Below, piece by piece: positions 61,696-64,000 of a DNA stretch of 64,000 bases. The translations under genes and the position numbers were made by a program. The DNA lies in the IMG/VR virus record IMGVR_UViG_2595698409_000001, one strand, 5' to 3'. The notes beneath the pieces are model-generated. The model did not search any database. It had not been told where the DNA came from and saw only the letters and a list, made by a program, of their open reading frames with translations. The stretch comes from a virus. Numbering within the stretch: position 1 is the stretch's first letter; every line of letters starts with the position of its first letter.

Positions 61696-63801
61696 ATGAC
61701 TGTCAACACAGAAGTCAAAGGTAATCTAGCTCGTCTCCTCGCAACGGAAAATCTTAAGGTAGAGCATCGTAGAGTCAGCACTGCTTGTTTCGATGTGAGT
61801 AATCGTGTGTTGATCCTTCCTATCTGGAAGACTGCATCCAATACTGTCTATGACCTTTTGGTAGGACATGAAGTGGGTCATGCTCTTTATACACCCTCTG
61901 TCGATTTTGGAAATGCTCCTAAAGATTTTGTAAATGTCTTAGAAGATGCTCGTATCGAAAAGATGATGAAGCGCACCTATCCAGGTCTTCGTAGATCTTT
62001 CTTTGATGGTTATCGTGAATTGTGGCAAGATGATTTCTTTGGAGTCAAAGATTCGGATCCATCAGATCTTCCTTTAATTGATCGTATTAATTTATATTTT
62101 AAAGGTAATCCTAATATGCCCTTTTCTGATGAAGAAATGGTGTGGGTTACTCGTGCTTCTAATACAAATACTTTTGATGAGGTCATTACTCTTGCAGAAG
62201 AATTGTATGAGTATGCTAAAGAATTGCAAGAAAAGAAAGTTGAAGCACAAATTCAATCCCAATCGGGAGACAATAACACTGGCGATCAAGAAGAATATAA
62301 TTACGATTCAGAATTCGATCAAGGAGAAAGTGCAGGAGAGGGTGACTCTGATGGAGATAGAAAAGATTCTGATCTAGATACACCTTCATATGAAGGCGGA
62401 TCATCCTTTGATGAAACCCTGTCTATGACGGATTCTGCACTGCAAGAAGCATTAGAAACTCTTATAGATGATGATGCAAAGGAGTGGATTTATCTGGATC
62501 TTCCTAAGGTAAATCTGCAAAATTATGTTGTCACTTGGAAAACTATTCAATCTAAATTTAATGAATTTTTCCATGAAAGAGATTTCAATACTAGTCAAGA
62601 CGCAGAATATTATCAAAATGCTTTAAATTTTACATACAGTAAGTGTGAAGAATATAAAAAGTCTGCTCAGAAGTCTGTAAACTATCTGGTCAAGCAGTTT
62701 GAGATGAAGAAGTCTGCAGATCAATATGCTCGTGCTGCTACTTCTCGCACTGGTGTCCTTGACACTAACAAACTTCACACCTATCGTTACAATGAAGATA
62801 TCTTCAAGAAAGTAACGGTGATTCCTGATGGCAAGAATCAAGGTTTGATGCTACTTATAGATTGGTCTGGATCTATGGCAAACGTATTGATTGATACTTT
62901 AAAACAAACTTATAATCTAATTTGGTTTTGTCGTAAGGTTGGTATTGCTTTCCGTGTCTATGCTTTCCAAAGTGGATACATGAGTATTCGCTGCGAGTGT
63001 GATACTGGTGCTGGTGATGACCACACTCTTCACATTGGAGAAGATTTTCGATTGCTTGAATTCATTTCATCTAGGATGAATGCAAAGCAACTAGATACAC
63101 AAATGAAAAATGTTTGGGCACAAGCATGGGATCAGAATAATTATACTGGACATCGATCTTTGACAGAGTATTCTCTTGGTGGCACTCCTTTAGGAGAAGC
63201 GACTATGTGTATGCGAGAAGCAGTCAAGCAATTAAAATCTATTGACAGAGTGGAGAAGGTGAATGTTATTTCACTTACTGACGGTGAAGCGAATCCGCTG
63301 GGATTTGTGACTACCTTTCCTGAAGGATCTTATCGTGAAGGTGATATGCGTAAAGAGTATCTTTGCCATAATCGCAACAAAATTTTTATCCTTAGAGATC
63401 CTGTTACTGGATATTCTCGTCGTCTAAATACCTGGCCTTATGATACTACAAAAGAGATTGTATCTTTCTATAAAGAGATTACCGATTATAACTGGATTGG
63501 TATTCGTCTTTGCTCCAAATCTGATATGACTCGCTGCCTCAACCACTTTGGTGTAGACATTGAGAAGTATTCAAAGCAGTGGGCAAAAGAAAAGTTTGTT
63601 GAGGTTGGTGACGAAAGTGGATTTACCAAACAGTTTTATATGCCAAACCAGTATATTGGTGTAGGCACTGATGATCTTGAGGTAAAACAAAAGAAAGAAG
63701 TTGTTACCAAAGCAGAATTGACTCGTGCATTTAAAAAGCATATGAAGTCAAAGATGACAAACAAAACTATCCTTAACGCATTTATTGAGCAAATCGCATG
63801 A
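61696..63801 (+). CDS. HExxH metallopeptidase-like N-domain plus C-terminal VWA (CobT-like) protein
   Basis: LLVGHEVGHALYT, NVLEDARIEK; MIDAS motifs IDWSGSM, GGTPL, LTDGEAN. Confidence 0.8.
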   Translation: MTVNTEVKGNLARLLATENLKVEHRRVSTACFDVSNRVLILPIWKTASNTVYDLLVGHEVGHALYTPSVDFGNAPKDFVNVLEDARIEKMMKRTYPGLRRSFFDGYRELWQDDFFGVKDSDPSDLPLIDRINLYFKGNPNMPFSDEEMVWVTRASNTNTFDEVITLAEELYEYAKELQEKKVEAQIQSQSGDNNTGDQEEYNYDSEFDQGESAGEGDSDGDRKDSDLDTPSYEGGSSFDETLSMTDSALQEALETLIDDDAKEWIYLDLPKVNLQNYVVTWKTIQSKFNEFFHERDFNTSQDAEYYQNALNFTYSKCEEYKKSAQKSVNYLVKQFEMKKSADQYARAATSRTGVLDTNKLHTYRYNEDIFKKVTVIPDGKNQGLMLLIDWSGSMANVLIDTLKQTYNLIWFCRKVGIAFRVYAFQSGYMSIRCECDTGAGDDHTLHIGEDFRLLEFISSRMNAKQLDTQMKNVWAQAWDQNNYTGHRSLTEYSLGGTPLGEATMCMREAVKQLKSIDRVEKVNVISLTDGEANPLGFVTTFPEGSYREGDMRKEYLCHNRNKIFILRDPVTGYSRRLNTWPYDTTKEIVSFYKEITDYNWIGIRLCSKSDMTRCLNHFGVDIEKYSKQWAKEKFVEVGDESGFTKQFYMPNQYIGVGTDDLEVKQKKEVVTKAELTRAFKKHMKSKMTNKTILNAFIEQIA

Positions 63802-63938
63802 AGTGTAAAGTAAAACTATTCAAAGCAGGCACAATCTTTGAGGAGGTTATGATTGCTAGAGACTATGACGATGCTAAAAAAGTTGCCTTGGCACGAAACC
63901 CTGGAGCAACTGTAATGGGAGTAACGGCAGTATTCTAA
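63798..63938 (+). CDS. Small hypothetical protein (46 aa)
   Basis: MKCKVKLFKAGTIFEEVMIARDYDDAKKVALARNPGATVMGVTAVF*; ATGA-coupled. Confidence 0.6.
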   Translation: MKCKVKLFKAGTIFEEVMIARDYDDAKKVALARNPGATVMGVTAVF

Positions 63939-64000
63939 TGAATATTACCGTCCCAATGAGAGTGATAGGCAGTGGTCTTGTGATCATTGCTTATTTTATT

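Noticed and set aside
1-64000. CRISPR array or DGR template/variable repeat
   Set aside because: No regularly spaced repeats, no reverse transcriptase and no adenine-specific repeat pair were noticed; the repeats found are protein-level modules.

Overview
A 64-kb slice of a marine T4-like cyanophage genome (Kyanoviridae-type myovirus); every credible gene is on the + strand. Positions 1-35 kb hold giant baseplate/tail proteins (a gp7-like protein open at the window edge, gp8, a DUF4815 protein, a long tail fibre), neck/tail genes gp13-gp15 and the small terminase gp16. Positions 35-40 kb are an accessory island: a basic modular protein, plastocyanin petE, a truncated 6PGDH-like NAD(P)-binding protein, a 43-aa NdhP-like peptide missed by the ORF track, several membrane micropeptides and a thermonuclease. 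Positions 40-50 kb carry gp17-gp23. Positions 50-64 kb carry gp3, uvsY, uvsW, gp55, gp47, gp46, two 2OG-Fe(II) oxygenases, purS/purC/purM and an HExxH+VWA protein. The best leads are the petE/NdhP-like/gnd-like electron-flow module, an NtcA-box-preceded twin-Cx3C microprotein with a possible tiny late sRNA behind gp23, type-1-copper ligand sets in two virion proteins, and a putative protease-processed internal head polyprotein. Four in-frame TAA codons (including gp22 and gp55) and one frameshift (gp19) all lie at homopolymer boundaries and are most likely sequencing errors rather than recoding. All family assignments are from motif recognition only; no searches were run.
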